A DNA stretch of 63,916 bases, counting the filler, from Octopus bimaculoides (taxonomy: Eukaryota), in assembly GCF_001194135.2 (NCBI RefSeq). It is 8 parts of 8 records of this genome, joined end to end, with 100 filler letters (N's around TTAATTAATTAA, not from the genome) between each part and the next. Parts side by side here need not be neighbours in the genome. Positions count along the whole stretch, not along the records: positions 1 to 5,607 come from NW_026411497.1; positions 5,708 to 25,955 come from NC_068981.1; 6 more parts are not named here. One strand, given 5' to 3'. Below are positions 1 through 12,800 of this stretch, piece after piece. Position numbers and translations under genes: made by a program. The notes beneath the pieces were generated by a model, which saw only the letters and a list, made by a program, of their open reading frames with translations, had not been told where the DNA came from and did no database searches. Position 1 is the stretch's first letter, and each line of letters begins with the position of its first letter.

Positions 1-250
1 ATACATATACATGTATATGTATACATATACATGTATATGTATGCATATAGATGTATATGTACACGTATATGTATAGATATATATATATATAGATATAGAT
101 CTATATGCATACATGTATATGTATACATGTGTAGATGTATATATATAGATGTACATGTAATATGTACACATATATACATATATATACATGCATACAGATA
201 TCTACACATATATACACCCATCACACACACACATACACACAAACACACAC
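1..250. repeat. Degenerate TA/CA/TACA microsatellite
   Basis: Low-complexity ATAC/AT/AC runs; overlapping ORFs are Y/I/H/T low-complexity artefacts. Confidence 0.95.
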
Positions 251-529
251 ATTAGTCATTTGTTTTCTTATCCAAAACTACGTCAAAAGTACTGAATGGA
301 TCTTTATGAAATTTGGAAATTATATTCTATGCATAACGGCCATAACCCCCATGAAAATTCATATATTTTTGATGGTGATGAAAATTTAACCATACATATT
401 ACACACAAATAAAGTAATGTTTCTAAAATTTCTTCTTCTTAGAAGTTACAAAGACCCCTTCATGGTGACTTCACACCCACAATTTAGTCAGTTTTCCTCA
501 GCAAAGACGAATATAGTTGTACCATTGGA

Positions 530-1000
530 AGCTATAGGGTCACCCGACTGTAACAGATGAGCATTATTTGTAATTCAACGGTACAACAGTGTAAGACTAT
601 CCTTTCAGGTATACTTACATTGTGATTTCTGCAATGTGCTGCATAAATTGTCAAGTAAATGAGATGCATCTTTGCCTCCACTGATTCACTTGCAAAGTGT
701 TGAGTAAAATTATTTCGTTGCAGACCTCCTTTGAGTCTTTTTATTATCACTACGACATACATAGTCCCCAGTTGATAACATTGATTTCAAGGCTTCCCAG
801 ATGAGTGACTGGTTGTTCTAAGACATTTATCGGTTATAAATTTTTTCTGCACAGTTACCTATCGGTATAGTGGTCATTTGCAAACTCCAGAAGTGACACT
901 TTCATTTCCCTTTACTCCAAGCGTCACACGTTGTTATTTCAATTGGGTCATGCCCTTCCAATTGCTATAGATCCGTAATGCATCTTACATCTGTGCCTGT
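530..1000 (-). pseudogene. Possible decayed Helitron Rep/helicase fragment
   Basis: Minus-strand GGLQRNNFTQHFASESVEAKMHLIYLT..C..R..LHC.V resembles the recalled Helitron segment GQRVYFTE..A.E..EAPK.T.LT.FF.LC...R.LLYC.VP; stops and frameshifts upstream. Confidence 0.35.
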
Positions 1001-1176
1001 CACCTGTATGGTGAGGAATCCTACATTGGGGAGTAGTAACAACTAAGCTAGGGTAGCTGACTGATTATCATGATCATTCGTCTTTTGCTTTCCTGTAGCT
1101 TTGCTCTCTTTTACAAACCCAGTGAACATACATATATTTCCTATTTCAAAGAAATTCAGACAATACATATTACACA

Positions 1177-1930
1177 CAAGTTAAAAAGATTCCCAACAAT
1201 TCAACTTCTCTGGTTGACATTAATACACCCACCCCCAATAGGGGCTTTAATTCCCACATTTTAGAGCTCCATTTTTCAGGAGCAAAATCCTTTTAGGGTT
1301 CATGTAGTGTCTTACGCCAAAAAAAAAATTTAACTTCTTGCATAGTTTGAGCCCACAGTAATATCATATCTCCTCCACTATTTCAGTATTACGTATCAAA
1401 AGTGAAACAATAACATCACTCTACTGTAATGTCAGATACTTTCACTTTAACACTGAAACTATTCCACTATTTCAGTATTACCTGTCAATAGTGAAACAGT
1501 AACATGTTGCTACTGTAATTTCAAATACTTTCACTTTAATACTTCAAATTTCATACTGAAACGATACAAGCATACTGTAAGACCCAAGTTAAAAACATTC
1601 CCAACAATTCAACTTCTCTGGTTGACATTAACACCCCCACCCCCAATAGGGGCCTTCATTCTTACATTTTAGAGTTCCATGAGCTCCAGTCTTCAGGAGC
1701 AAAATCCTTTTTACAGGTTCCAGAAAACTGAAATCTTGGAATATGTGCATAAAGATCAATAGCATGGGATACATGTCTCATGATTAGAATTTTTTTAGGG
1801 TATGTAAAAAGGGAAAGAACCCTCATGTGCAATTTTGATGAAATTCGAATCATATGTATTCCAGTTCCTTACAGAAAAGACTCATTCTTCAATTGCATGT
1901 AACACGGGCAACGCCGGGTATCTCTGCTAG
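1177..1930 (+). mobile_element. Non-autonomous Helitron-like element (3' end clear, 5' end undefined)
   Basis: 3' hairpin CACGGGCAACGCCGGG (1903-1918), then CTAG (1927-1930) followed by T; internal ~120-bp direct repeat (1177, 1585) and 89-bp tandem (1375, 1464). Confidence 0.65.
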
Positions 1931-2156
1931 TATATATATAAAAAATCGTCTAACCCATGCTAGCATGGAAAGCGGACATTAAACGATTATGATGATACAC
2001 ACACACACACACACGGCTTTCCGTTTTCCTATGTGTTCGTTCCGTTGTCTGTAGTTTATTGTTCTAACGTCCTGTACCCTGATATGCATATATATACACA
2101 TGTAGATGTAAGTATGTACATATATGTGTGTATACATGTATATATATTCTTTGTAT

Positions 2157-2189
<33 letters not shown>

Positions 2190-2192
<3 letters not shown>

Positions 2193-2380
2193 TGTTGTTG
2201 TTGTTGGCACTCCGTCGCCTACGACTTCGAGGGTTCCAGTTGATCCCATCAACGGAACAGCCTGCTCGTGAAATTAACGTGCAAGTGGTTGAGCACTCCA
2301 CAGACACGTGTACCCTTAGCGTAGTTCTTGGGGATATTCAGCGTGACACAGTGTGACAAGGCTGACCTTTGAATTACAGG
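2190..2380 (-). mobile_element. tRNA-derived SINE family A, 3' part with (CAA)n tail
   Basis: Near-identical to 45906-46128, 57083-57450 and 60655-60725. Confidence 0.85.
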
Positions 2381-2390
2381 NNNNNNNNNN

Positions 2391-2644
2391 GGACACGAAC
2401 GCGCAGTCGCGCGTCCGCGCTAGCTAGTCGTGAGTGGTCGATCCTAACCCTAACCCTAAACAGGTATTCATTTGCACACGCGGGTTAGGGATAGGGTTAG
2501 GGTTAGGGATAGGGTTAGGGTTAGGGATAGGGTTAGGGTTAGGAATAGGGTTAGGGTTAGAGATAGGGTTAGGATCGACCACTCAAGACTAGCTAGCTCG
2601 GACGCGCGACTGCGCGTTCGGGTCCGCGCTGCTTTAGTAGTACC
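2391..2644. mobile_element. GC-rich foldback element with TTAGGG/ATAGGG array
   Basis: 2391-2452 is the reverse complement of ~2564-2625; hexamer array at 2482-2572; left terminus lost in N gap. Confidence 0.75.
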
Positions 2645-3844
2645 TATATATATATACATACGGTCCATGTCCTTTACCTCCGCCGAAATTTCTTTATAAT
2701 CGTAATTTTTGCCATTTGAACGGTATTTCTATAAAATTTCATCATTATTTATCAATTTTCCTGAAAGTTATGAGGGAAAAATCGGATCTTGTAAATTTTC
2801 CGAAAGTCCCCTCCGCATCCCCCACGCTCGTTTGTACACATTTTTTTTCATATTCGTTTTGTATACTCTTTTTACACTTAGTAGGTAGGTGTCATTTTGT
2901 TTTCGTTAACGGGTCTAAAACTTTATATTGACCACTCCGTTTTGTATCTCATTTATATATAAAATACTACAATTAGCCATCAATTATGACGCACGGGGTC
3001 AGCTAATGTGAAATATAATTTATGTAAACTCTACTTACTTTTACTGAAGTACCTCCTTTGATATCCTTTTTCTTCCCTTCATCTTTAGGCTTTCCGCTGT
3101 TATCTTTACCCTTCCCTCCTTTCGTACCTTTATTTTTCGGCATACTACACAGTTTAACATGTGTTTTGAATCGCAACCTAAACTGCAGAGTGTTACAGAC
3201 AAGCGATATGATTAGTCAACATGTGAACTGTAACCAATCACAATGCTCATTACAAATTATTCTTGTATAAGGAGCTGTTCCCGAATCCACTAAGGAATAT
3301 ATTGTATATACTTATTTAGCCAATGTCTGGGATGTACGGACCCGTTCTACCTCCAGGTAAAAATGAACATATGAGTCATTCCTTTGTCATTTAGTATTCA
3401 TTATGAAACATGTTTTAACTGTCAATAAATAGGTCGATAACAAGTTTATTGTAAATATAACACCAAGTCCATTTGTCTTTTTAGAATAGTTTCACTTCAA
3501 TTTTTGATGTCCTACCCAGGTATCGAATTCCTCACATGTGCTTTTATGCTGATAATGTGAAACAAAATATCGGCATCTTAATGCTTATCTATTTACTAGC
3601 ATACCCGTGTTTTATTAATGATAGAAAATGGCACATCAATACACAGCAATCTAGTTTGTACATACACAGAATTGAAGCACTTGAAGAATACGATGTAACG
3701 TTTCGGTTGAAATATCTCCCACATAATGTATGTTCGTGTATACACACGTATGTACATATAAGTGTACATACACATACAAATGTACGTAAATAATAAGGGT
3801 GGTTTGTTTGCAATTTTACAACCGAAAGACAGAAATGTATACGT

Positions 3845-4487
3845 CACTAAAGTGACTGAGGGTTCTAATCAGCCACAGAATTGCTAGAAATAAGTGTTAA
3901 AACATTTCATAGCCACAAGAAGCACCTTATCTTAATGACTGACAAGGGAGGCAAAGCGGCGAACTGGTAGAAACGTTAGCACGCCGGGCGAAATGCTCAG
4001 CGGTATTTCGCCTGACTTTACGTTCTGGGTTCAAATTTCGCTGGGGTCAACTTTGCCTTTCATCCTTTCGGGGTCGATAAATTGACTACCAGTTGCGTAC
4101 TGGTCTATCTAATCGACTGGCCCCCTCCCACAAAACATTTCGGGCCTTGTGCCTAGAGTAGAAAAGGACTGACAAGGGAGGCAAGTCCCTCAGCGCCTAG
4201 GCATAGCTAGATGACTGCTTACACATATTAATTCTCCTCAGTGACTAGTCAGTAAGATAAAGTGATTCTTGGGTAATTTTTCAGATTAACACCAGCACGA
4301 TCTTCACCAGGGTGTTAGGGTTAGGGTTAGTGTTTAGGGTTACGGTTAGGAACGGAATTCCCTAACCCCCTAGTGAAGATCGTGCGGGAGTTAATCTGAA
4401 AAATTACCGCTTCTTGTGGCTATGAGTTGTTTTAACTCTCATTTCTAGCAATACTGATGCTGACTAGTGCCCTCAGTCACTTTAGTG
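3845..4487. mobile_element. CACTA-terminated foldback (CMC/EnSpm-like non-autonomous element)
   Basis: Termini CACTAAAGTGACTGAGGG / CCCTCAGTCACTTTAGTG; ~125-bp arms; left arm interrupted at 3924-4271; TTAGGG-like loop; no clean TSD seen. Confidence 0.75.
3955..4166 (+). mobile_element. tRNA-derived SINE family C with 18-bp TSD
   Basis: GACTGACAAGGGAGGCAA at 3937-3954 and 4167-4184; central CTTTCATCCTTTCGGGGTCGATAAA motif resembles the Meta-type SINE domain (from recall). Confidence 0.85.
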
Positions 4488-4527
4488 ATTCACACACACA
4501 CACACATATATATATACACACTACAAA

Positions 4528-4568
<41 letters not shown>

Positions 4569-4606
4569 TTGCAAGATTTTTGATGTGAAATCGTGTGTTG
4601 AAACAG

Positions 4607-4764
4607 ATATTGTTGTACTTGGGGCTGGTCATATTGCCAGTTTAGCCAATAAAGGATTAATGTAATGTAATATAAAGCTGAAGCAAATTAACACCAAATA
4701 TACAGTGCGTGTGTTTTTATTGGCTAAACTGGCAATATGACCATCCCCAAGTACAACAACATAT
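4607..4764. repeat. 47-bp-arm inverted repeat
   Basis: 4607-4653 vs 4716-4764 reverse complementary with few mismatches. Confidence 0.8.
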
Positions 4765-5607
4765 TGTTACGAAAACCCGCGCGTGATGATGACGCTCAGT
4801 GAGTTAGGATGTCCGCCACTAAGCCCGCGGAGAGCACATAACGATGATAACAAAAAGAAGAAATAACACAGACCATACGTTGCATAGTCAAACTAACTTT
4901 TTTTTCAAAACAAACAACATTCCGTAACAATAATTCATGCTTTTGAAATAACGTAATCAAGAGTCATTTAAAAAGTTCTTTTGCTTCTTTGTTTTTCTTT
5001 TCTTTTAAAACATGTAACAACAAAGTTCTCTTTTTTCTTTTCAACCATTTAACATCACAATTAACAAGAGTTCTTTCTTTTCTTCACAAAAACATTTAAC
5101 CAAACGCAAGTACATTTTCTTTAACGAAATATAAACAAGCCTTCACCACAACAAATTACTTCTGACCAACGCAGTCTCCCACTACAATCTGCCACTACAT
5201 TACTTTTGTCCGCCACAACAGTTCCATCTCTCTGTCTCTCTCTCAGATTGCTTCAGTCCCTATCTGCCCCAACAGTCACTGGCTCTATCCATTTTCGATG
5301 ATTGGTACCTTCTGTCCATAGCCTCTCTCTCAGTCTCTATCTGTCAGTCTCTATCACTGACCACTGCTGTCACTCCACTCGTTCTTCACCGGCTGCTGTT
5401 CTCGACCCACTGACTGCCTTTACACTAACTGAGGTTCCCAAATCTACGCTCCGTATTTATGACAGATAATCAGCCAGAAAGATCGGCATACCGTACCCAA
5501 CAGTGCTGCGTTCCCCCCCCTCCAAAGCTGGGTCAGTTTCGTACAATTCCTATTTGCTTTTTAAACTTTCAATGACCGGAAAGGGTCAGAGATCAGATTC
5601 CTATGCC
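4765..5607 (-). mobile_element. Solo-LTR-like sequence truncated by gap
   Basis: Minus strand ends ...TTTTCGTAACA; TATA-like CATAAATA near 5455 followed by purine-rich then T-rich segments. Confidence 0.4.
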
Positions 5608-5900
5608 NNNNNNNNNNNNNNNNNNNNNNNNNNNNNNNNNNNNNNNNNNNNTTAATTAATTAANNNNNNNNNNNNNNNNNNNNNNNNNNNNNNNNNNNNN
5701 NNNNNNNTAACTGCGTGTGTATGTGTATGTGTATAAATATGTATTCATGCATATATTTGTGTCTTGCAAATATATACCTATATACGTAGATTATCTGTAC
5801 GTATGCATCTGTGTATTTTGATGTATATATATATGTTGTGAATAGTCTAGTATGTTAGGGTAACACCTGTCTTCGTCTTTTGTTTTTTTTTGTGAATTCT

Positions 5901-5948
<48 letters not shown>

Positions 5949-6324
5949 CAAATGAAAGACAAGATGGAATATACAAGAATCACGACAATTGTTTTGACAC
6001 GTCTAGCATCGATTCCTCTTGGGTGGGACACTCAACAACTTGTTCAGGAGCATCCAGTGGTGCAGATGTATCTCGTCGGGTGATAAGTAAATAAATACAA
6101 CTCGTTAAAATGACCGTTCCGCAATGTTGTAACTTTCCGTTTTGTAGAGAGAAAAGCAACCAGATGCTCATACAAGCATCCGCAAAAATGAGAGCATACG
6201 CACACGTGAGGTTTGGTGCACACATGATCACAGAACGAGTTAGTTATTTACTTGGTGTTTATAAGAATAGGGAGGTTAAATGTAAACTTAAGTCATCCAT
6301 ACCTTAAATTAAGTTAACGGTCAC

Positions 6325-7631
6325 TCAAACTTCATTCTCACTGCATTGTGCAAAAGTACATTTATATGCGTGTAGGTATCTTGAGAATCGTTCAGAAATT
6401 CTATTAATTATCTTCTTGTTAGTCCACAGAATAGCAGGAGTTCCTCGGAGCAGAGACGGCATCTCCTGGAAATTATATTGTATGGTTTTGCATACCTTAC
6501 TATGGACCAATTAATGCTGTACTTCGTTTTATCCTCCTTCAGTCGCCATACAAAATCTGCCAAAGATGTTGAATGTCTCTTATTGATTGCCTTAAAGCTG
6601 GTAACATGGTTACGATAACGGTTCTTCAATGAATCATCCGTCTGCTCAATGTAAATATAGGGCCCTACCCTTGTGTGCATGGTACATCTATATACAAGAT
6701 TTGTACTCAAACAGAGATTCATCAAAGGACATTTTGATTTTCTCTGCATGAGCATTTATCGTATTTATTTGTATATAAGGCAGCCCCGACTCCTTAAACC
6801 GATGTTGTTACCGTACCATGAGTATTTCTACTGCTACAAATTGGTCGTAGTTGGTGTTTATCAATGCGGTTTACATCTCTGTGGTTGGTATTTAGATGCA
6901 AATGTTCGCTAGATCCAGTAGGTGGGTTATTGAACCTTTGCCGCATTTTGCTATTGTTTATGCGATGCATAAGCTGCTCTAAATTAGCAGAGTTGACGTA
7001 GGATACCTTCACGGTGTGTCGATGGAAAATAGCATGATACCGACTAGATTTAGGAAAACACTTCTCTAAAGCAGCATAAAATTTTCCATCGATCTTGGTT
7101 GAAACATACAAACCGAAAATTGGCTTGAACCAGAGGACATCCTGATTCCTGTATCAGTTGTTAGGCTTATTTGATCGAGTGTGTTGTACAGGATTGGAAC
7201 AAGTAGTTGAATTATTATGTCATATGTGTCTATGAGTTTTCGTTGGTAGTTCATTGAATTGACCAATTAAATCTGGCCTGTATTCTTTATCCGAGTGAGT
7301 TCTCAAGCGGTAACGCTGTGGTGGTATACGATGTGCATCGCAGTTGTAGGAATTACTAGTGTTGCTTATGCCTGCTTCTTGTATGTATTGATTTTTTTCA
7401 CGGTGCCCAGCCCTAGCTAGAGCGTCATTATAATAAGATGCATGAGATTCGAAAATTTTATTGTTAGCAGATAATCTAGAGATTCTTGTCGAAATTTTCT
7501 AACTAGTCCACGTATAATCGAGGGTGGATGATTGGATGCTACATTAATGTACTTAATATGATCATTTGGCTTATAAAATGGTTCAAATAATCCAGCATCA
7601 AGACAAAAGGTAGCGTCAAAAAATTCACTCT
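6325..7631 (-). mobile_element. 5'-truncated Penelope-like retroelement: RT C-terminus + GIY-YIG endonuclease, degenerate
   Basis: Motifs VNF(L)D.TF..KPN..Y.N..SNHPP, Y..AL..AG, LWFKP (WFNPP-like), TVKVSY, CPL..CL..VY..YI..T..K.RY..H..SF..T.L..VW.LK..W.I..C.LC.EE. Confidence 0.9.
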
Positions 7632-7689
7632 ACAATAACCTTTACCTATAGTAATGTTTAGTCCTAATTATATAAAAGCAGCAGAACTA

Positions 7690-7745
7690 TAACAAAAGAC
7701 TGTTACTCGGAGTTTCACGTTCCCGTTCATCGGACAGTTTTGTTA
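7690..7745 (-). ncRNA. Minimal type I hammerhead ribozyme (U4C variant)
   Basis: Minus strand: UAACAAAACUGU-CCGAUGA-ACG(GGAA)CGU-GAA-ACUC(C)GAGU-A-ACAGUCUUUUGUUA; helices I, II and III all pair. Confidence 0.8.
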
Positions 7746-9230
7746 GAAATGGGAAAGGAATGACAATGCAATCAAAAATAATATAAAATTTGAAACACAT
7801 AGATCTGTTTCATTGGTCGTTTCAAATAACGGTCATGGATGCGCAATGAACAAAACAAATGAATTTAATATAGATTCATCTTATTTAAAAAAAGAAAATC
7901 GAAGAAAACCTTAAATAGAAAAATGGGCTCAAAATACATATTGTGAATAATTAATTATATTCGAATTACCACATTAAAATCAAATCAAATAAAATATACG
8001 CTGCATGCAAAATAAAATAAAATTACAATAGTATATACGCATACTAGACTATTCACAACATATATATATACATCAAAATACACAGATGCATACGTACAGA
8101 TAATCTACGTATATAGGTATATATTTGCAAGACACAAATATATGCATGAATACATATTTATACACATACACATACACACGCAGTTAAGCTCGCGCACGAA
8201 AAAACTGTATCTTAACCTATGAAGTAGAGGGGGAAGGGTAACATATCGATAAGAACGTTACTAATTGTAATTTTATTTTATTTTGCATGCAGCGTATATT
8301 TGATTTTATTTGATTTTAATGTGTTAATTCGAATNNNNNNNNNNNNNNNNNNNNNNNNNNNNNNNNNNNNNNNNNNNNNNNNNNNNNNNNNNNNNNNNNN
8401 NNNNNNNNNNNNNNNNNNNNNNNNNNNNNNNNNNNNNNNNNNNNNNNNNNNNNNNNNNNNNNNNNNNNNNNNNNNNNNNNNNNNNNNNNNNNNNNNNNNN
8501 NNNNNNNNNNNNNNNNNNNNNNNNNNNNNNNNNNNNNNNNNNNNNNNNNNNNNNNNNNNNNNNNNNNNNNNNNNNNNNNNNNNNNNNNNNNNNNNNNNNN
8601 NNNNNNNNNNNNNNNNNNNNNNNNNNNNNNNNNNNNNNNNNNNNNNNNNNNNNNNNNNNNNNNNNNNNNNNNNNNNNNNNNNNNNNNNNNNNNNNNNNNN
8701 NNNNATTATTTTAATAGTTATTACTTTGTATTTTATTATAGTTCTTTTTAGTGTATTTACTTATTAAATTTTTCTATATGTGACTGTGGATTTTCATCGA
8801 TGACTTCAGGAATTGTGGTTCTTTTCTCTAAATATATATATATATATATATAAACAAAATTAAGGGATCAGCAACAGGTTGCTTCACCAAGCATGTATAC
8901 ACGTACGCATGCATATTAGTGACCGCGCACACACGCATGTGCGTGCACATGCGTACTCTCGTGCGCCCGCATGCATGAGTATCCATACGCATAATAGCAA
9001 TAAGATAAATCGTATTTCTTATTGATGGATACTGCTGGTTGCTGGAGGATATGCAGTTTTTCGCGGAGACAGAGCTAGCAGTTGGGGGCACCGAGTAAAC
9101 ATGGTGGCGCTCTATCAACAATAATCCACTTGTTGTTAGGTACTTCGTCTCGGAGGTCACGGAGTCTCCAGAGAAAACGAGACAGGGAAGTAGAATTTTA
9201 TCTGTCCTTGGAACTGGACGAGTATATTCT

Positions 9231-9644
9231 TTACTCTTTTACTCTTTTACTTGTTTCAGTCATTTGACTGCGGCCATGCTGGAGCACCGCCTTTAGTCGA
9301 GCAAATCGACCCTAGGACTTATTCTTTGTAAGCCTAGTACTTATTCTATCGGTCTCTTTTTGCCGAACCGCTAAGTGACGGGGACATAAACACACCAGCA
9401 TCGGTTGTCAAGCAATGCTAGGAGGACAAACACAGACACACAAACACACACACACACATTTATATATATATATACATATATACGACGGGCTTCTTTCAGT
9501 TTCCGTCTACCAAATCCACTCACAAGGCTTTGGTCGGCCTGAGGCTATAGTAGAAGACACTTGCCCAAGGTGCCACGCAGTGGGACTGAACCCGGAACCA
9601 TGTGGTTGGTAATCAAGCTACTTACCACACAGCCACTCCTGCGC
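9231..9644 (-). mobile_element. tRNA-derived SINE family B, full length
   Basis: Head GCGCAGGAGTGGCTGTGTGGTAAG with B-box GGTTCAGTCCC; (AGTAAAAG)n-like tail; matches 23480-23845 and 52382-52736. Confidence 0.9.
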
Positions 9645-9786
9645 ATATATATATACATATAAATATACATATATATATATATGTATGTATGTATGTATGT
9701 ATTTATGTATGTATGTGTATATGTATATATATACGTATATATGTGCATATATATGTATATACATATGTGTATGTATGTAATGTATG

Positions 9787-9849
<63 letters not shown>

Positions 9850-12800
9850 TTTATTGTTATTCATTTTTATTTCCTAACAAGTTCTATATGTGATATAAAT
9901 TATCCAGCCGCTTACGTCATATCGTTGAAGAGACTGATGTAGTCAACCCTCATTCATCGATAACTAAGCACCACTTATCGACCATAGAAAATACAAACGA
10001 GAGAGAATGGTGTCAGTAAACGTTGAATAATCGACTGTCTCGTCAAAAATGTTGATCTGCAATGTACGCTAATTGTATAGTAACTTATAACGCATGCTTT
10101 CTCGAAGTAAAGACATTCGTGTTGCCACAAAGAATTACTTCTTACCGATTTTGTGATCTTGACAAATTTATTTTCTTTTGCGAGATCGATTAATTCCTTT
10201 CTGTGAATAGTTGGATCTATTTTCCATTTTTCTCCTTCTCAGTAACAATAACATTTCCATCTGTTCGTTGTGAACTTTGTATTCTTCATTTTAAGTTTAT
10301 TCTTGTGTACTTTCTTTTTGCCTATATTTTGACCACTGAATTACTCTGTCTATAGTCTTGTTGTCTATGACTATTTTTCTTTCATTTCTCAGTAAATATG
10401 TGTATTAGAATTATTTATATGCACCATTTGTCGGTTATCCCAAATTTTGTGCTGAGTAACTCTGTGAACGAAACTAAACAAAATGCTTATCCCTCTCTGT
10501 TAAATGTGCTAGAAGTAACAATGACAAATAGTTTCGGTAGGTTAGCGGTGAAGATACCTTTATTTGCTCTATGAACAAAGTTTAAAAATAAGCTGTAAGG
10601 CTGGCTTTTGAGGATGCGTACAAATAGAAAATAAATAACGAATACTTTTAATCCCACGAAAGGGAAACTTCGCAGTTTGCTATCTTACAATAAATCTACG
10701 GCTAAAATGCTCTATTCTGATAGCGCTAATTCTTGTAGTGGTTTTCTATATCATATTCAGTATCCTGATATATATTTTTAAACGTCTTTGAAACAAATGT
10801 TCGATTGATACTTTTGTTCATCTCGTGTACATTATGTTTCTTGGAGGCTCTTTATTTGTCATTTCACATATGAAAAAAAATCGCTCGAGGTAAGGAAACT
10901 TGATTGAAAGACGTAGCACGAACAGTTTTTTTTTTAATTCAAATATGACAGATCTTTAATGATTTCTTTTTTTTTTTTTTTTTTTTTTGTCAGATTTGTA
11001 TTCTAGTCCAGTATTCGAACAATGTAGAGCTTAATTTCTTTGCATTATACGAAAACATTTCCAAACAAAAAAAAAATTTATTTCAATAAATTATAAAAGT
11101 TCCCATTCAATTTCAAAATTCATTTTTTACCGGAAATAGCCTAACAAAAATATCAGCAATAAAAATATGTTCTGTTATATCTGTAAATTTCTTCCAACTA
11201 TTTTTTACTACTCAGTGCCATGCCTTTATTTGATCTGTTATGAAATTAGAAGATAATATTTTCTTTGGGATAAGAAATCAATTTGGTATTTCTTTTATGA
11301 TCTTCCCACTCAGCAATGACCTAAATGAATATTTCATTCTGACAATAAATGATAAACAAACAAAAATGAGCTATTCATTTAGCTTCTTTTCATTGGTCTT
11401 TTTAATAGTTTTAGGGTGTAAAATGCGATAGTGTTTGTCCATCACAGAACATTTTGCAAATATATACATATTCCCTTTGGGTTATTGATTTTATATATGA
11501 ATAACATTCTTTAACTATAAAAATTGAAGCATAATACACAAAAATGAATTTCTCTTTATATATAACTGTCATAAATTTTGTTTGGCTTTTTAGCCGATAA
11601 AATGGATGTTAAAAAATTGTTATTTGCACCGTGTACAGCCAGGTTTGAAATGATTATTTGCACATTTATTAACACGTTCAGGCAGATTCGAATGCAAAAT
11701 ATGCTGGCCACTGTGGTGTGCATCATAGGAGAACAACATCTCCCTTTTTGCGTCCTAAACTGCCTGGATTATTGAAAATAAATCTCCAAATATTAGTCTA
11801 AAGTCTTGCTGTAAAGGGTGCTAATAAAGAGTGTTTATCGGTTGGTAGATAGAAGTATTGACCAGCAAACAAATCCGGGCGCTTCTGCTTGACAAGATAC
11901 AGCATATCGAAACACCTGTATCTCAGAATCGCCAGTGATCCGAGTGTGTTGAACGTGCTGTCGTCGTAAAACGGAGAAGTTATTCTCTTATGTCGTACAC
12001 ATCAATAACCAGCATATCTTGCATCTGAACTTTCCCGGACGTACTAATAATAAGTAATCAAATAAACTAGATATTTATTTGGTAAAAAAAAAATTCTAGA
12101 ATATTTTTATATTTTTCCCTCACAGTTAGTTCCACTAGAGATATTTTTTCATATTTTCTGGAAAATTATCACAGCTCTTAATTAATCAATAGTACACTGC
12201 ACTGTATTGAAGTATATACGAGTTTTTCCCTTTCAAATTCTCAATGCTTTCAGCTCAAAATTCCGTCGGAAGTGATTTTATCTTTCCTCTCTTTCAGACG
12301 TCTTTCAAATAAACAGGTAATTTCGCGCATTTTAACAAAATTGGTATATACCTCACAATCAAAACTGCACTTAGGTATCGTCAAAACAAATAAGTTTTTG
12401 ATTTACTTTGGAACGGCTAAAATAAGAGAAAACCAAGTAGTATTTAGCTATAGGGCCAACAATTTTGAGGAGATGGTGTTCATCGGTACAACCGACCCAG
12501 TACTTCATTATACCGATCCTGAAGGCATGAAAAGTAAAGCTGATTCTGGAGAGATTTGAAGTAAAAGTTTAGGGAGAAATAGCACAAGATTTTTCATCGT
12601 CGCTCACCGCCGTAGTAAAGTAATATAGTAGTATTCTAGGGTTCATTTTATCAACTATGTCACATACCTTTCTACGTAATAAAAAAAATAAATCAACGTT
12701 AATTTCGTATTGACTAGACAAAAAAGTTTTTCTCTTTCTCTAAGTAGAAAAATTGAGCACGTGATGCATTTCGCATGCCTAATTAATATAGTATACAACT

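Noticed and set aside
2482-2572. TTAGGG array as a true telomere or chromosome fusion site
   Set aside because: Short, mixed with ATAGGG and enclosed by a transposon-like inverted repeat
5985-6045. Minus-strand CCAAGAGG...AAAACAATTGTC at the Penelope 3' end
   Set aside because: Could be a decayed hammerhead, but both core strands are mutated; not supportable
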